A DNA stretch of 64,000 nucleotides from assembly GCF_025352015.1 (NCBI RefSeq), contig NZ_JANXUG010000101.1, positions 13,800 to 77,799 of the forward strand, written 5' to 3'. Position numbers and translations under genes: made by a program. The notes beneath the pieces were generated by a model. That model made no database searches. It was not told where the DNA came from and saw only the letters and a program-made list of their open reading frames with translations. This stretch comes from Flavobacterium sp. GTDB taxonomy: Bacteria > Bacteroidota > Bacteroidia > Flavobacteriales > Flavobacteriaceae. Shown piece after piece: positions 9,705 through 21,150 of this stretch; the first letter of the stretch is position 1; each line of letters starts with the position of its first letter.

Positions 9705-11860
9705 ATGGCTAGAGATTTAAAATTAACAAGGAATATAGGAATTGCTGCCCACATTGATGCTGGTAAAACAACAACAACGGAGCGTATATTATTTTATACG
9801 GGCAAGTCACACAAAATTGGTGAAGTGCACGATGGCGCTGCAACAATGGACTGGATGGCGCAAGAGCAAGAACGAGGTATAACCATAACTTCAGCTGCAA
9901 CAACTTGTGAATGGAGTTTTCCAACACAACAAGGTAAACCATTACCAACTTCCCAAGATTATCACTTCAATATTATCGATACACCTGGACACGTTGACTT
10001 TACCGTAGAGGTAAACCGTTCACTACGTGTATTGGATGGATTAGTTTTCTTATTTTCTGCCGTTGATGGTGTTGAGCCACAATCAGAAACTAACTGGAGA
10101 TTGGCCGATCAATATAGAGTTCCACGTATGGGATTCGTTAATAAAATGGATCGTCAAGGTTCTAACTTCTTAATGGTTTGTCAACAAGTTAGAGATATGT
10201 TAAAATCTAACGCTGTTGCTATTACTTTGCCAATTGGTGAAGAAAACGATTTTAAAGGAGTTGTAGATTTAGTAAAAAACCAAGCTATCGTATGGCATGA
10301 TGAAACACTAGGGGCTACTTTTGATATCGTCCCTATTCCAGAAGATATGCTTGCTGAAGTAAAAGAGTATAGATCTATTCTTATAGAAGCAGTTGCAGAT
10401 TATGATGAAAATCTTTTGGAGAAATTCATGGAAGATGAAAACTCAATTACAGAAGAAGAAATTAACACAGCCCTAAGAGCTGCTACTATGGATATGGCTA
10501 TCATTCCTATGATTGCTGGATCTTCATTTAAAAACAAAGGTGTTCAATTTATGTTGGATGCTGTATGTAAATATTTACCATCTCCTTTAGATAAAGAAGG
10601 CATTTGGGGTATTGACCCAGATGATGCTGATTTATTAGAAGAAGATCAAACCAAAATATTACGCCGTCCTGATGTAAAAGAGCCGTTCGCAGCTTTGGCA
10701 TTTAAAATTGCTACTGACCCATATGTTGGTCGTTTGGCTTTCTTCCGTGCGTATTCAGGTCGTTTAGATGCAGGTTCCTACATCTTGAACACTCGTTCAG
10801 GAAACAAAGAAAGAATTTCTCGTATTTACCAAATGCACGCTAATAAACAAAATCCAATCGATTATATCGAAGCAGGTGATATTGGAGCAGCAGTTGGATT
10901 TAAAGATATCAAGACTGGTGATACTATGTGTGATGAAAAACATCCAATTGTTCTTGAGTCAATGAAATTCCCTGCGCCAGTAATTGGTATAGCTATCGAG
11001 CCAAAAACTAAAGCTGACGTTGATAAAATGGGTATGGCTTTGGCAAAATTAGCTGAAGAAGATCCAACATTTACAGTAAGAACTGACGAAGCTTCAGGTC
11101 AAACGATTATTTCAGGAATGGGTGAGTTACACTTAGATATTCTTGTAGATCGTATGAAACGTGAATTCAAAGTTGAAGTGAATCAAGGTGAACCTCAAGT
11201 TGAATACAAAGAAGCTTTCACAAAATCTGCGCAACACAGAGAAACATACAAGAAACAATCTGGTGGTCGCGGTAAATTTGGTGATATCGTATTTATTCTT
11301 GCACCTGCTGATCAGGTAGATGGTAAAACACCTGTTGGGTTACAGTTTGTCAATGCTGTAAAAGGTGGTAACGTTCCTAAAGAATATATTCCTTCTGTTG
11401 AAAAGGTTTCAGAGAAGCTATGAAAACAGGTCCATTAGCTGGATATCAGGTTGATAGTTTAAAAGTAACTTTATTAGACGGATCTTTCCACCCGGTGGAT
11501 TCTGATGCGCTGTCTTTTGAGTTAGCAGCAAGAATGGGTTACAGAGAAGTTGCAAAAGCAGCAGGAGCTGTAATTCTTGAGCCTATCATGAAAATGGAAG
11601 TTATTACCCCAGAAGAAAACATGGGAGATATCGTAGGTGATATCAACCGTCGTAGAGGTCAGGTTAATGACATGGGTGACAGAAATGGTGCGAAAACTAT
11701 TAAGGCTGATGTGCCTTTATCCGAAATGTTTGGTTATGTAACTACATTAAGAACATTGTCTTCAGGAAGAGCAACATCTACAATGGAATTCTCACACTAC
11801 GAACAAACGCCTTCTAATATTTCAGAAGAAGTAATCAAAAAAGCTAAAGGTAACGCTTAA
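9705..11860 (+). CDS. fusA: Elongation factor G, split into two ORFs (9705-11423, 11420-11860) by an apparent 1-nt deletion at 11401-11404
   Basis: [11 protein letters not shown]1 and DTPGHVDF G3 motifs. Adding one A to GAAAAGGT restores [16 protein letters not shown] and a continuous 718-aa frame. Confidence 0.95.
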
Positions 11861-11871
11861 TTCTTATCAAG

Positions 11872-12177
11872 ATGAGTCAAAAAATTAGAATAAAATTAAA
11901 ATCTTACGATCACATGTTGGTAGATAAATCTGCTGAAAAGATTGTAAAAACTGTAAAAAGTACAGGTGCTGTTGTAACGGGTCCAATTCCGTTACCAACA
12001 CACAAAAAAATATTTACTGTGCTACGTTCTCCACACGTTAACAAAAAAGCGAGAGAGCAGTTCCAGGTAAGTTCATACAAAAGATTGTTAGACATCTATA
12101 GTTCTTCTTCGAAAACTATCGATGCCTTAATGAAACTTGAATTACCAAGCGGAGTAGAAGTAGAAATTAAAGTATAA
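11872..12177 (+). CDS. rpsJ: 30S ribosomal protein uS10
   Basis: [11 protein letters not shown] and GPIPLPT. Confidence 0.99.
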   Translation: MSQKIRIKLKSYDHMLVDKSAEKIVKTVKSTGAVVTGPIPLPTHKKIFTVLRSPHVNKKAREQFQVSSYKRLLDIYSSSSKTIDALMKLELPSGVEVEIKV

Positions 12178-12280
12178 GTATAATACAAAGTATTAAGTAT
12201 CAAGATTCGTTTTCGTATTTAATATTCTATACACAATATAGATTAAAAAAGTAAACAAGTAATAATTTAAATAGTTTAAT

Positions 12281-12898
12281 ATGTCTGGGTTAATTGGAAA
12301 GAAAATCGGCATGACAAGTATTTTCGATGAAAATGGGAAGAATATTCCTTGTACAGTAATCGAAGCTGGCCCTTGTGTCGTTACCCAAGTCAGAACCAAT
12401 GAGGTTGACGGGTATTCAGCTCTTCAACTTGGTTTCGATGACAAAGCAGAAAAACAAGCAACTAAAGCTGATTTAGGTCACTTTAAAAAAGCCGGTACTA
12501 CTGCCAAGAAAAAAGTCGTTGAATTCCAAGGATTTGAAGAAAATTACAAATTAGGTGATAACATCACCGTGGCAGTATTCAGCGAAGGAGAGTTCGTTGA
12601 TGTACAAGGAGTGTCAAAAGGTAAAGGTTTTCAGGGAGTTGTAAAACGTCACGGTTTTGGTGGTGTCGGACAAGCTACCCATGGTCAACATAACCGATTG
12701 AGAGCACCGGGTTCTGTAGGAGCATCTTCATATCCATCACGTGTATTCAAAGGAATGCGTATGGCTGGAAGAATGGGAGGAGATAATGTAAAAGTTCAAA
12801 ATCTTAGAGTTTTAAAAGTAGTGGCTGAAAAGAACTTACTTGTCATTAAAGGATGCATTCCTGGATGTAAAAACTCTTATGTAATCATTCAGAAGTAA
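12281..12898 (+). CDS. rplC: 50S ribosomal protein uL3
   Basis: [17 protein letters not shown] and RMAGRMG. Confidence 0.99.
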   Translation: MSGLIGKKIGMTSIFDENGKNIPCTVIEAGPCVVTQVRTNEVDGYSALQLGFDDKAEKQATKADLGHFKKAGTTAKKKVVEFQGFEENYKLGDNITVAVFSEGEFVDVQGVSKGKGFQGVVKRHGFGGVGQATHGQHNRLRAPGSVGASSYPSRVFKGMRMAGRMGGDNVKVQNLRVLKVVAEKNLLVIKGCIPGCKNSYVIIQK

Positions 12899-13527
12899 TG
12901 GAAGTAAAAGTTATCGATATCAACGGAAAAGATACTGGAAGAAAAGTACAACTTTCCGATTCAGTATTTGGCATTGAGCCAAATAATCACGCAGTATATC
13001 TTGATGTTAAGCAATATTTAGCAAATCAAAGACAAGGAACGCACAAAGCTAAAGAAAGAGCTGAAGTTGCAGGGAGTACTCGCAAGATTAAAAAGCAAAA
13101 AGGTACTGGTACTGCTCGTGCAGGATCTAAAAAGAGTCCATTGTTCAAAGGAGGAGGAACAGTTTTCGGTCCAAGACCAAGAAGCTATTCTTTCAAACTG
13201 AATAAAACGGTAAAAAGATTAGCTCGTAAATCAGCTTTTTCTTTAAAAGTAAAAGAATCAAATTTATTAGTTGTTGAAGATTTTAATTTTGAAACTCCAA
13301 ATACTAAAAATTTCATCAATGTTTTGAAAGCTTTAGGACTAGAAAACAAAAAATCTTTATTTGTGTTGGGAGATTCAAATAAAAATGTATATTTGTCGTC
13401 ACGCAATTTAAAAGCATCTAGCGTAGTAATTAATTCAGAATTAAGCACTTACGATATTTTAAATGCAAATAATTTAGTTCTTTTAGAAGGTTCTTTAGAA
13501 GGAATTGAAGAAAATTTAAGCAAATAA
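12898..13527 (+). CDS. rplD: 50S ribosomal protein uL4
   Basis: RQGTHKAK and [15 protein letters not shown] overlap with rplC. Confidence 0.99.
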   Translation: MEVKVIDINGKDTGRKVQLSDSVFGIEPNNHAVYLDVKQYLANQRQGTHKAKERAEVAGSTRKIKKQKGTGTARAGSKKSPLFKGGGTVFGPRPRSYSFKLNKTVKRLARKSAFSLKVKESNLLVVEDFNFETPNTKNFINVLKALGLENKKSLFVLGDSNKNVYLSSRNLKASSVVINSELSTYDILNANNLVLLEGSLEGIEENLSK

Positions 13528-13534
13528 ATAGACC

Positions 13535-13825
13535 ATGAGTATCATTATCAAGCCTATCATCACAGAAAAAATCACGAAAGAAGGAGAAATTTTCAATCGT
13601 TTTGGTTTTGTTGTTGACAAAAAAGCAAATAAAGTTCAAATTAAGAAGGCTGTTGAGGCTACTTACGGAATTTCAGTTGTAACCGTCAACACGATGAACT
13701 ACAGAGCCGATAGAACTACAAAATTTACTAAAAGTGGTTTAATTAGCGGAAAAACAAGTGCTTACAAAAAAGCAATTGTTCAAGTTAAAGAAGGAGAAAC
13801 AATAGATTTTTACAATAATATCTAA
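13535..13825 (+). CDS. rplW: 50S ribosomal protein uL23
   Basis: KPIITEK, ANKVQIKKAVE and YKKAIV; expected operon position. Confidence 0.98.
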   Translation: MSIIIKPIITEKITKEGEIFNRFGFVVDKKANKVQIKKAVEATYGISVVTVNTMNYRADRTTKFTKSGLISGKTSAYKKAIVQVKEGETIDFYNNI

Positions 13826-13831
13826 TAGAAA

Positions 13832-14656
13832 ATGTCAGTTAGAAAATTAAAACCTATTACCCCGGGTCAGCGTTTTAGAGTTGTGAATGGTTTTGACGCC
13901 ATCACGACTGATAAGCCGGAGCGTTCATTAATCGCACCGATAAAAAACTCAGGCGGTAGAAATAGTCAAGGAAAAATGACCATGCGTTATACAGGCGGTG
14001 GTCACAAACAAAGGTATCGTTTGATTGATTTTAAAAGAACTAAAGTTGGAATTCCAGCTACGGTTAAATCAATTGAATATGATCCAAACAGAACTGCTTT
14101 TATCGCATTATTGTGGTATGTAGATGGCGAGAAAACATATATTGTAGCACAAAACGGATTGCAAGTTGGACAGACAGTATTGTCTGGAGAAGATTCGGCT
14201 CCTGAAATAGGTAATACACTGCCGTTGAGCAAAATTCCTCTAGGAACAGTTATTTCTTGCATCGAATTGCGTCCAGGACAAGGAGCTACTATCGCTCGTT
14301 CTGCTGGAACATTTGCTCAATTAATGGCAAGAGACGGGAAATACGCTACAATAAAAATGCCATCAGGTGAAACAAGATTAATCTTGTTGACTTGTTCGGC
14401 TACCATTGGAGCAGTTTCTAATTCTGACCATCAGTTGATTGTATCTGGTAAAGCAGGTAGAACAAGATGGTTAGGAAGAAGACCAAGAACAAGACCAGTA
14501 GCCATGAACCCTGTCGATCATCCAATGGGTGGTGGTGAGGGACGTTCATCTGGAGGTCATCCACGTTCTAGAAAAGGACTACCAGCTAAAGGTTATAGAA
14601 CTCGTTCTAAAGTTAACCCTAGTAATAAGTATATTGTAGAACGTAGAAAGAAATAA
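13832..14656 (+). CDS. rplB: 50S ribosomal protein uL2
   Basis: EYDPNR and [17 protein letters not shown]. Confidence 0.99.
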   Translation: MSVRKLKPITPGQRFRVVNGFDAITTDKPERSLIAPIKNSGGRNSQGKMTMRYTGGGHKQRYRLIDFKRTKVGIPATVKSIEYDPNRTAFIALLWYVDGEKTYIVAQNGLQVGQTVLSGEDSAPEIGNTLPLSKIPLGTVISCIELRPGQGATIARSAGTFAQLMARDGKYATIKMPSGETRLILLTCSATIGAVSNSDHQLIVSGKAGRTRWLGRRPRTRPVAMNPVDHPMGGGEGRSSGGHPRSRKGLPAKGYRTRSKVNPSNKYIVERRKK

Positions 14657-14662
14657 TAAGAT

Positions 14663-14941
14663 ATGGCACGTTCATTAAAAAAAGGACCTTTTGTTCATTA
14701 CAAATTAGATAAAAAAGTTCAGGAAAACATCTCAGGTGGTAACAAAGGAGTAGTAAAGACTTGGTCTAGAGCTTCGATGATTACTCCGGATTTTGTTGGA
14801 CAAACTATCGCAGTACACAATGGTCGTCAGTTTGTACCAGTTTACGTAACCGAAAACATGGTAGGACACAAATTAGGAGAGTTTTCACCAACAAGATCTT
14901 TTAGAGGTCACGCTGGAGCAAAAAATAAAGGTAAAAAATAA
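14663..14941 (+). CDS. rpsS: 30S ribosomal protein uS19
   Basis: [15 protein letters not shown] and GHKLGEF. Confidence 0.99.
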   Translation: MARSLKKGPFVHYKLDKKVQENISGGNKGVVKTWSRASMITPDFVGQTIAVHNGRQFVPVYVTENMVGHKLGEFSPTRSFRGHAGAKNKGKK

Positions 14942-14947
14942 GAAGCA

Positions 14948-15358
14948 ATGGGAGTTCGTAAAAGAGAAACAGCAGATGCGAGAAAAGAGGCTAATAAGTC
15001 TATAGCTTTCGCGAAATTGAATAACTGCCCTACTTCACCTAGAAAAATGCGCTTAGTAGCGGACTTGGTAAGAGGTCAGAAAGTGGAAAGAGCCTTAAAT
15101 ATATTAAGATTTAGCTCAAAAGAAGCTTCAAGAAAATTAGAGAAATTAGTATTATCTGCCATCAACAATTGGGAGCAGAAAAATGCTGACGGAAATGTTT
15201 CAGAAGCAGGCTTATTTATAAAAACCATCACTGTAGATGGTGGAATGATGTTGAAAAGACTTCGTCCAGCGCCACAAGGAAGAGCACACAGAATTAGAAA
15301 GCGTTCAAACCACGTGACAATCGTGTTAGGAGCTAATGATAACACACAAGCAAATTAA
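14948..15358 (+). CDS. rplV: 50S ribosomal protein uL22
   Basis: [14 protein letters not shown] and [16 protein letters not shown]. Confidence 0.99.
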   Translation: MGVRKRETADARKEANKSIAFAKLNNCPTSPRKMRLVADLVRGQKVERALNILRFSSKEASRKLEKLVLSAINNWEQKNADGNVSEAGLFIKTITVDGGMMLKRLRPAPQGRAHRIRKRSNHVTIVLGANDNTQAN

Positions 15359-15363
15359 GTAAG

Positions 15364-16131
15364 ATGGGACAAAAGACAAATCCAATAGGAAACAGACTTG
15401 GTATCATCAGAGGATGGGATTCAAACTGGTATGGTGGTAATGATTACGGTGATAAAATTGCCGAAGATTTTAAAATCAGAAAGTATATCCACGCTCGTTT
15501 ATCAAAAGCTAGTGTATCAAAAGTAATCATCGAGAGAACTTTGAAACTTGTAACCGTTACTATCACTACTGCAAGACCTGGGATTATTATCGGGAAGGGT
15601 GGTCAAGAGGTAGACAAGTTAAAAGAAGAACTTAAGAAAGTTACAGACAAAGAGGTTCAAATAAACATCTTTGAAATTAAAAGACCTGAGTTAGATGCAT
15701 ATTTAGTTGGAACTAGTATTGCACGTCAAATCGAAAGTAGAATTTCTTACAGAAGAGCTATTAAGATGGCAATTGCGGCTGCAATGCGAATGAATGCTGA
15801 AGGTATTAAAGTATTAATTTCTGGTCGTTTGAATGGAGCTGAAATGGCACGTTCAGAACAATTCAAAGAAGGAAGGATTCCTCTATCAACTTTCAGAGCT
15901 GATATTGATTATGCTTTGGCTGAAGCACATACTACTTATGGTAGGATGGGTATCAAAGTATGGATCATGAAAGGTGAGGTTTATGGAAAAAGAGATCTTT
16001 CTCCACTGGTAGGCATGGACAAAAAACAAGCAGGTCAAGGTGGTGGTAAAGGGGGAGATTCTCCAAGAGGAGGAGACAGAAAACCTTTTAATAAGGATAG
16101 AAAACCAGCGGGTGACCGTAAAAGAAAGTAA
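15364..16131 (+). CDS. rpsC: 30S ribosomal protein uS3
   Basis: [19 protein letters not shown] and [10 protein letters not shown]. Confidence 0.99.
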   Translation: MGQKTNPIGNRLGIIRGWDSNWYGGNDYGDKIAEDFKIRKYIHARLSKASVSKVIIERTLKLVTVTITTARPGIIIGKGGQEVDKLKEELKKVTDKEVQINIFEIKRPELDAYLVGTSIARQIESRISYRRAIKMAIAAAMRMNAEGIKVLISGRLNGAEMARSEQFKEGRIPLSTFRADIDYALAEAHTTYGRMGIKVWIMKGEVYGKRDLSPLVGMDKKQAGQGGGKGGDSPRGGDRKPFNKDRKPAGDRKRK

Positions 16132-16149
16132 TTTTTTAAATTAAAAAAA

Positions 16150-16575
16150 ATGTTACAGCCTAAAAGAACAAAATACCGTAAGGTACAAAAAGGTAGAATG
16201 AAAGGTGTTTCTCAAAGAGGACATTTACTTTCAAGTGGAATGTTTGGAATCAAATCTGTACATGAAGATGGTATGTTTTTAACTTCACGTCAAATAGAAG
16301 CTGCACGTATTGCCGCAACTCGTTACATGAAGAGAGAAGGACAATTATGGATAAATATATTTCCAGATAAACCCATCACAAAGAAACCTCTTGAAGTACG
16401 TATGGGTAAAGGAAAAGGTGCAGTCGAATATTGGGCTGCTGTTGTAAAACCAGGAAAAATTATGTTTGAAGTTGGTGGAGTTCCACTATCTATCGCAAAA
16501 GAGGCCTTACGTCTTGCTGCACAAAAACTTCCTGTAAAAACTAAATTTGTAGTTGCTAGAGATTTCGAAGCATAA
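16150..16575 (+). CDS. rplP: 50S ribosomal protein uL16
   Basis: [11 protein letters not shown] and RMGKGKG. Confidence 0.99.
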   Translation: MLQPKRTKYRKVQKGRMKGVSQRGHLLSSGMFGIKSVHEDGMFLTSRQIEAARIAATRYMKREGQLWINIFPDKPITKKPLEVRMGKGKGAVEYWAAVVKPGKIMFEVGGVPLSIAKEALRLAAQKLPVKTKFVVARDFEA

Positions 16576-16588
16576 TCAAAAATTAATT

Positions 16589-16780
16589 ATGAAACAATCA
16601 GAAATTATAAATCTATCCGCAGCTGAGTTACAAGTTAAACTTACTGAATTGAGAAGAGCTTATATGGATTTAAAGTCCGCACATGCTATTTCACCGATTA
16701 CTAATCCACTTCAAATCAGAAGTGCTAGAAGAGCGGTTGCCAGAGTGGTAACAGAGCTAACTAAAAGAGAGTTACAATAA
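16589..16780 (+). CDS. rpmC: 50S ribosomal protein uL29
   Basis: MKQSEI...NPLQIRSARRAVAR. Start moved to ATG at 16589. Confidence 0.96.
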   Translation: MKQSEIINLSAAELQVKLTELRRAYMDLKSAHAISPITNPLQIRSARRAVARVVTELTKRELQ

Positions 16781-16795
16781 TTGTATTCTGCTAAA

Positions 16796-17056
16796 ATGGA
16801 AGATAAAAGAAATTTAAGAAAAGAAAGAATTGGTGTAGTTACATCAAACAAAATGGACAAGTCTATTGTTGTTGCACAGGTAACTAGAGTAAAACACCCA
16901 TTATATGGTAAGTTCGTATTGAAAACTAAAAAGTTTCATGCACACGACGAAACAAATGACTGTAACATTGGTGATACAGTAAAAATCATGGAAACAAGAC
17001 CTTTATCAAAAACTAAATGTTGGAGATTGGTTGAAATCATTGAAAGAGCTAAATAA
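16796..17056 (+). CDS. rpsQ: 30S ribosomal protein uS17
   Basis: [11 protein letters not shown] and [11 protein letters not shown]. Start at MEDKRN. Confidence 0.98.
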   Translation: MEDKRNLRKERIGVVTSNKMDKSIVVAQVTRVKHPLYGKFVLKTKKFHAHDETNDCNIGDTVKIMETRPLSKTKCWRLVEIIERAK

Positions 17057-17058
17057 TT

Positions 17059-17427
17059 ATGGTACAACAAGAATCAAGACTAAAAGTCGCAGATAACACA
17101 GGAGCAAAAGAAGTTTTGACTATTCGTGTATTAGGAGGAACGAAACGTCGTTATGCCTCTGTTGGAGATAAAATTGTAGTTTCAATCAAAGATGCAACGC
17201 CGAACGGTAACGTTAAAAAAGGTGCTGTTTCAACTGCAGTTGTAGTACGTACTAAAAAAGAAGTGAGAAGAGCCGATGGTTCTTATATCCGTTTCGATGA
17301 TAATGCATGTGTTCTTTTGAATGCTGCAGGAGAAATGAGAGGAACTCGTGTTTTTGGTCCAGTTGCAAGAGAACTTCGTGAAAAACAATTCATGAAAATT
17401 GTATCATTAGCGCCTGAGGTGCTTTAA
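17059..17427 (+). CDS. rplN: 50S ribosomal protein uL14
   Basis: [13 protein letters not shown] and IVSLAPEVL. Confidence 0.99.
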
Positions 17428-17438
17428 TTCATAGTAAG

Positions 17439-17723
17439 ATGATAAAGTTAAAAGTAAAATCTGGAGATACTGTAAAAGTGATAGCTGGTGACCATAAAGG
17501 TTTAACAGGTAAAATTACACGTGTATACAGAGAGAAAAATAAAGCGATCGTTGAAGGCGTGAACATGGTATCGAAACATACAAAACCAAGTGCTAAAAAC
17601 CCACAAGGCGGAATCGTTAAGATGGAAGCTCCTATACACATCTCAAACCTTTCTTTGGTAAGCGGTGCTGATTCAACTAAAGGTTCAGTGAAAAAAGATT
17701 CTAAAAAAGTTAATAAAGCATAG
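17439..17723 (+). CDS. rplX: 50S ribosomal protein uL24 (94 aa, shortened C-terminal part)
   Basis: KOW motif [18 protein letters not shown] and EAPIHISN. Confidence 0.97.
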   Translation: MIKLKVKSGDTVKVIAGDHKGLTGKITRVYREKNKAIVEGVNMVSKHTKPSAKNPQGGIVKMEAPIHISNLSLVSGADSTKGSVKKDSKKVNKA

Positions 17724-17725
17724 TT

Positions 17726-18277
17726 ATGGAATATACACCTAGACTTAAGCAAGAATATAAAGACAGAGTAATTGCTGCTCTTAAAGAAGAATTCGGTTAT
17801 AAAAACGTAATGGAAGTTCCAAAATTGGAAAAAATCATTTTGAGCCGTGGAGTTGGAGCTGCAGTATCTGATAAAAAGCTGGTTGACTATGCAGTTGATG
17901 AGTTAACAAAGATTACTGGACAAAAGGCTGTATCTACAATTTCAAAGAAAGACGTTGCTTCATTCAAATTGAGAAAAGGTATGCCAATTGGAGCTAAAGT
18001 TACATTAAGAGGAGAAAGAATGTATGAGTTTTTAGACAGACTTATTACTTCGTCTTTGCCACGTGTTAGAGATTTTAGTGGTATCAAAGCTACGGGTTTT
18101 GATGGACGAGGTAATTACAACCTTGGTGTTACAGAACAAATCATTTTCCCAGAAATTGATATTGATAAAGTAAACAAAATATCAGGTATGGATATAACTT
18201 TCGTAACAACGGCAAGCACTGATAAAGAAGCAAAGTCGTTATTGGCTGAATTAGGATTACCTTTTAAAAAGAATTAA
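17726..18277 (+). CDS. rplE: 50S ribosomal protein uL5
   Basis: [16 protein letters not shown] and FDGRGNY. Confidence 0.99.
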   Translation: MEYTPRLKQEYKDRVIAALKEEFGYKNVMEVPKLEKIILSRGVGAAVSDKKLVDYAVDELTKITGQKAVSTISKKDVASFKLRKGMPIGAKVTLRGERMYEFLDRLITSSLPRVRDFSGIKATGFDGRGNYNLGVTEQIIFPEIDIDKVNKISGMDITFVTTASTDKEAKSLLAELGLPFKKN

Positions 18278-18280
18278 GTT

Positions 18281-18550
18281 ATGGCTAAAGAATCAATGAA
18301 AGCCCGTGAGGTTAAAAGAGAAAAAACGGTAGCAAAGTACGCTGAAAAAAGAAAAGCTTTATTACAAGCTAAAGATTATGAAGGCTTGCAAAAATTACCA
18401 AAAAATGCTTCACCAGTACGTATGCATAATCGTTGTAAACTAACTGGGAGACCAAGAGGTTATATGCGTCAATTTGGTCTTTCACGTGTAACTTTCCGTG
18501 AAATGGCAAACCAAGGATTAATTCCAGGAGTAAGAAAAGCTTCTTGGTAA
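18281..18550 (+). CDS. rpsN: 30S ribosomal protein uS14 (89-aa zinc-independent form)
   Basis: [11 protein letters not shown]...[12 protein letters not shown], with a single Cys. Confidence 0.99.
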   Translation: MAKESMKAREVKREKTVAKYAEKRKALLQAKDYEGLQKLPKNASPVRMHNRCKLTGRPRGYMRQFGLSRVTFREMANQGLIPGVRKASW

Positions 18551-18627
18551 TCAAAAACAAATTATCAATTGGTTAAAGGTTCATTTAGTGAGTACTAGTT
18601 GAAAACCATAACCGCAAATTTATACAA

Positions 18628-19026
18628 ATGTATACAGATCCAATTGCAGATTATCTTACGAGAGTTAGAAATGCAGTGATGGCAAACCACAAAGTGGTTG
18701 CAATTCCAGCATCTAATTTAAAAAAAGAAATCACAAAAATTTTATTCGATCAAGGATATATCTTAAGTTACAAATTTGATGATAGTTCTGTTCAAGGAAC
18801 TATTAAAATAGCTTTGAAGTATGATAAAGATACTAAAGAGTCTGTAATCAAAGATATCCAAAGAATTAGCAAACCAGGTTTACGTAAATATGCTGGTTCT
18901 TCAAAAATCCCAAGAATTCTTAACGGACTGGGTGTTGCTATTGTTTCGACTTCTAAAGGTCTAATGACCGGAAAGCAAGCCAAACAATTAAACGTTGGTG
19001 GAGAAGTACTTTGCTACGTATACTAA
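18628..19026 (+). CDS. rpsH: 30S ribosomal protein uS8
   Basis: DPIADYLTRVRNA, SKPGLRKY and STSKG. Confidence 0.99.
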   Translation: MYTDPIADYLTRVRNAVMANHKVVAIPASNLKKEITKILFDQGYILSYKFDDSSVQGTIKIALKYDKDTKESVIKDIQRISKPGLRKYAGSSKIPRILNGLGVAIVSTSKGLMTGKQAKQLNVGGEVLCYVY

Positions 19027-19042
19027 TTAAATCTGTTAATCA

Positions 19043-19585
19043 ATGTCAAGAATAGGTAAAAATCCAATTTCAATTCCTGCAGGTGTAACTGTTGAAGTAA
19101 ACGAAACTACAGTTACTGTAAAAGGAAAATTAGGTCAACTTACGCAAGACTACGCTGACGTAGCAGTAAAAGTTGAAGAAGGTCAAATCATAGTTGAAAG
19201 ACCGTCTGATAGTAAAGATCACAGAGCAAAACACGGATTATACAGGTCATTAATCAATAATATGGTTACAGGAGTATCTGAAGGTTTTACTAAAGAGTTA
19301 GAATTGGTTGGAGTAGGTTATAGAGCTTCAAATCAAGGACAAAAATTAGATTTAGCATTAGGATTTTCTCATAACATAGTTTTAGAATTAGCTTCAGAAG
19401 TTAAATTAGAAACTATTTCAGAAAAAGGTAAAAATCCAATTGTTAAGTTAACATCTTTCGACAAACAATTAATAGGTCAAATTGCTGCTAAAATCAGAGG
19501 TTTCCGTAAACCAGAGCCTTACAAAGGAAAAGGTGTTAAGTTTGTTGGTGAAGTATTAAGAAGAAAAGCAGGTAAATCAGCTTAA
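19043..19585 (+). CDS. rplF: 50S ribosomal protein uL6
   Basis: MSRIGK, GVGYRA and RKPEPYKGKG. Confidence 0.99.
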   Translation: MSRIGKNPISIPAGVTVEVNETTVTVKGKLGQLTQDYADVAVKVEEGQIIVERPSDSKDHRAKHGLYRSLINNMVTGVSEGFTKELELVGVGYRASNQGQKLDLALGFSHNIVLELASEVKLETISEKGKNPIVKLTSFDKQLIGQIAAKIRGFRKPEPYKGKGVKFVGEVLRRKAGKSA

Positions 19586-19597
19586 AAAATTAGCATT

Positions 19598-19951
19598 ATG
19601 TCATTAACAAAATCTGAAAGAAGACAAAGGATACAATACAGAATCAGAAAGATTGTAAGCGGAACCGCTTCAAGACCAAGATTATCTGTATTTAGAAGTA
19701 ATAAAGAAATCTATACACAACTAATTGATGATGTGAATGGAATTACTTTATTGGCTGCATCATCAAAAGATAAAGGAGTAGATACTAAAGGTACTAGCAC
19801 TGAAGTAGCAACAGCAGTTGGAAAACTAGTAGCTGAAAAAGCGTTAAAAGCTGGAATTACAGAAGTTACTTTTGATAGAGGAGGTTATTTATATCACGGT
19901 CGTATTAAATCATTAGCAGAAGGCGCAAGAGCGGCTGGGCTTAAATTCTAA
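19598..19951 (+). CDS. rplR: 50S ribosomal protein uL18
   Basis: [10 protein letters not shown] and [11 protein letters not shown]. Confidence 0.99.
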   Translation: MSLTKSERRQRIQYRIRKIVSGTASRPRLSVFRSNKEIYTQLIDDVNGITLLAASSKDKGVDTKGTSTEVATAVGKLVAEKALKAGITEVTFDRGGYLYHGRIKSLAEGARAAGLKF

Positions 19952-19957
19952 TATATT

Positions 19958-20479
19958 ATGTCTAAATACAAAAATGTAGAATTAGTAAAACCTAGTGGTC
20001 TTGAATTGAAAGATCGTCTGGTAAGTGTAAATCGTGTTACCAAAGTAACAAAAGGAGGAAGAGCATTTGGTTTTTCTGCGATTGTTGTTGTAGGTGATGA
20101 AAATGGAGTAGTTGGTCACGGATTAGGTAAATCTAAAGACGTTTCTGAAGCAATTGCAAAAGCAGTAGAAGACGCAAAGAAAAATCTTGTTAGAATACCT
20201 TTGAGCGGACAATCAGTTCCTCACGAACAAAAAGGAAAATTTGGTGGAGCTGCAGTATTTTTGATGCCAGCATCTCATGGTACAGGAGTTATTGCTGGTG
20301 GAGCTGTTCGTTCGGTTCTTGAATCAGTTGGTATTCATGATGTATTATCAAAATCACAAGGTTCATCAAACCCTCATAATGTGGTAAAAGCAACTTTTGA
20401 TGCTTTACTACAAATGAGAAGTGCTGTTACTGTTGCAAAACAAAGAGGTATTTCTTTAGAAAAAGTTTTTAAAGGTTAA
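19958..20479 (+). CDS. rpsE: 30S ribosomal protein uS5
   Basis: [10 protein letters not shown] and GTGVIAGG. Confidence 0.99.
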   Translation: MSKYKNVELVKPSGLELKDRLVSVNRVTKVTKGGRAFGFSAIVVVGDENGVVGHGLGKSKDVSEAIAKAVEDAKKNLVRIPLSGQSVPHEQKGKFGGAAVFLMPASHGTGVIAGGAVRSVLESVGIHDVLSKSQGSSNPHNVVKATFDALLQMRSAVTVAKQRGISLEKVFKG

Positions 20480-20491
20480 TTCAAGGAAATT

Positions 20492-20677
20492 ATGGCTAAA
20501 TTATTAGTAAAACAAGTTAGAAGCAAAATCAATTGTCCACTTACACAAAAAAGAGGATTAGAGGCTTTGGGTCTACGTAAAATGGGACAAACTGTGGAGC
20601 ATGATTCAAATCCTGCAATCCTTGGAATGATAAATAAAGTTAAACATCTAGTTTCCGTAGAGGAAGTTAAAAAATAA
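20492..20677 (+). CDS. rpmD: 50S ribosomal protein uL30
   Basis: [14 protein letters not shown] and [10 protein letters not shown]. Confidence 0.98.
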   Translation: MAKLLVKQVRSKINCPLTQKRGLEALGLRKMGQTVEHDSNPAILGMINKVKHLVSVEEVKK

Positions 20678-20686
20678 ATCATAGTT

Positions 20687-21139
20687 ATGAATTTAAGTAA
20701 CTTACAACCTGCTGAAGGTTCTACACACAATCAAAATAAAAGATTAGGTAGAGGAGAAGGATCTGGTAAAGGTGGTACTTCAGCAAGAGGTCACAAAGGA
20801 GCCAAGTCTCGTTCTGGTTATTCTAAAAAAATTGGTTTTGAAGGTGGTCAAATGCCTCTTCAAAGACGTGTGCCTAAGTTTGGTTTTACAAACATCAATC
20901 GTAAAGAATATCAAGGCATTAATCTTGACAATCTTCAATTATTAGTTGATAACGGTATTGTAACAGATACTGTAGATTTTTCAGTATTTGTTGAATATAG
21001 ATTGGCTACAAAAAATGAACTGGTTAAAATTCTTGGTAGAGGACAATTGAAATCAAAATTAAAAATAACAGCCCACAAATTTACGGCTACTGCAAAAGCG
21101 GCAATTGAGGCTGCGGGTGGAGAAGCTGTAACCCTATAA
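20687..21139 (+). CDS. rplO: 50S ribosomal protein uL15
   Basis: [11 protein letters not shown] and [15 protein letters not shown]. Confidence 0.99.
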   Translation: MNLSNLQPAEGSTHNQNKRLGRGEGSGKGGTSARGHKGAKSRSGYSKKIGFEGGQMPLQRRVPKFGFTNINRKEYQGINLDNLQLLVDNGIVTDTVDFSVFVEYRLATKNELVKILGRGQLKSKLKITAHKFTATAKAAIEAAGGEAVTL

Positions 21140-21150
21140 TTGCTATATCA

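Noticed and set aside
11420-11860. EF-G C-terminal ORF as an independent gene
   Set aside because: It is the -1 frame continuation of fusA, and its ATG is the internal Met of EAMKTG.
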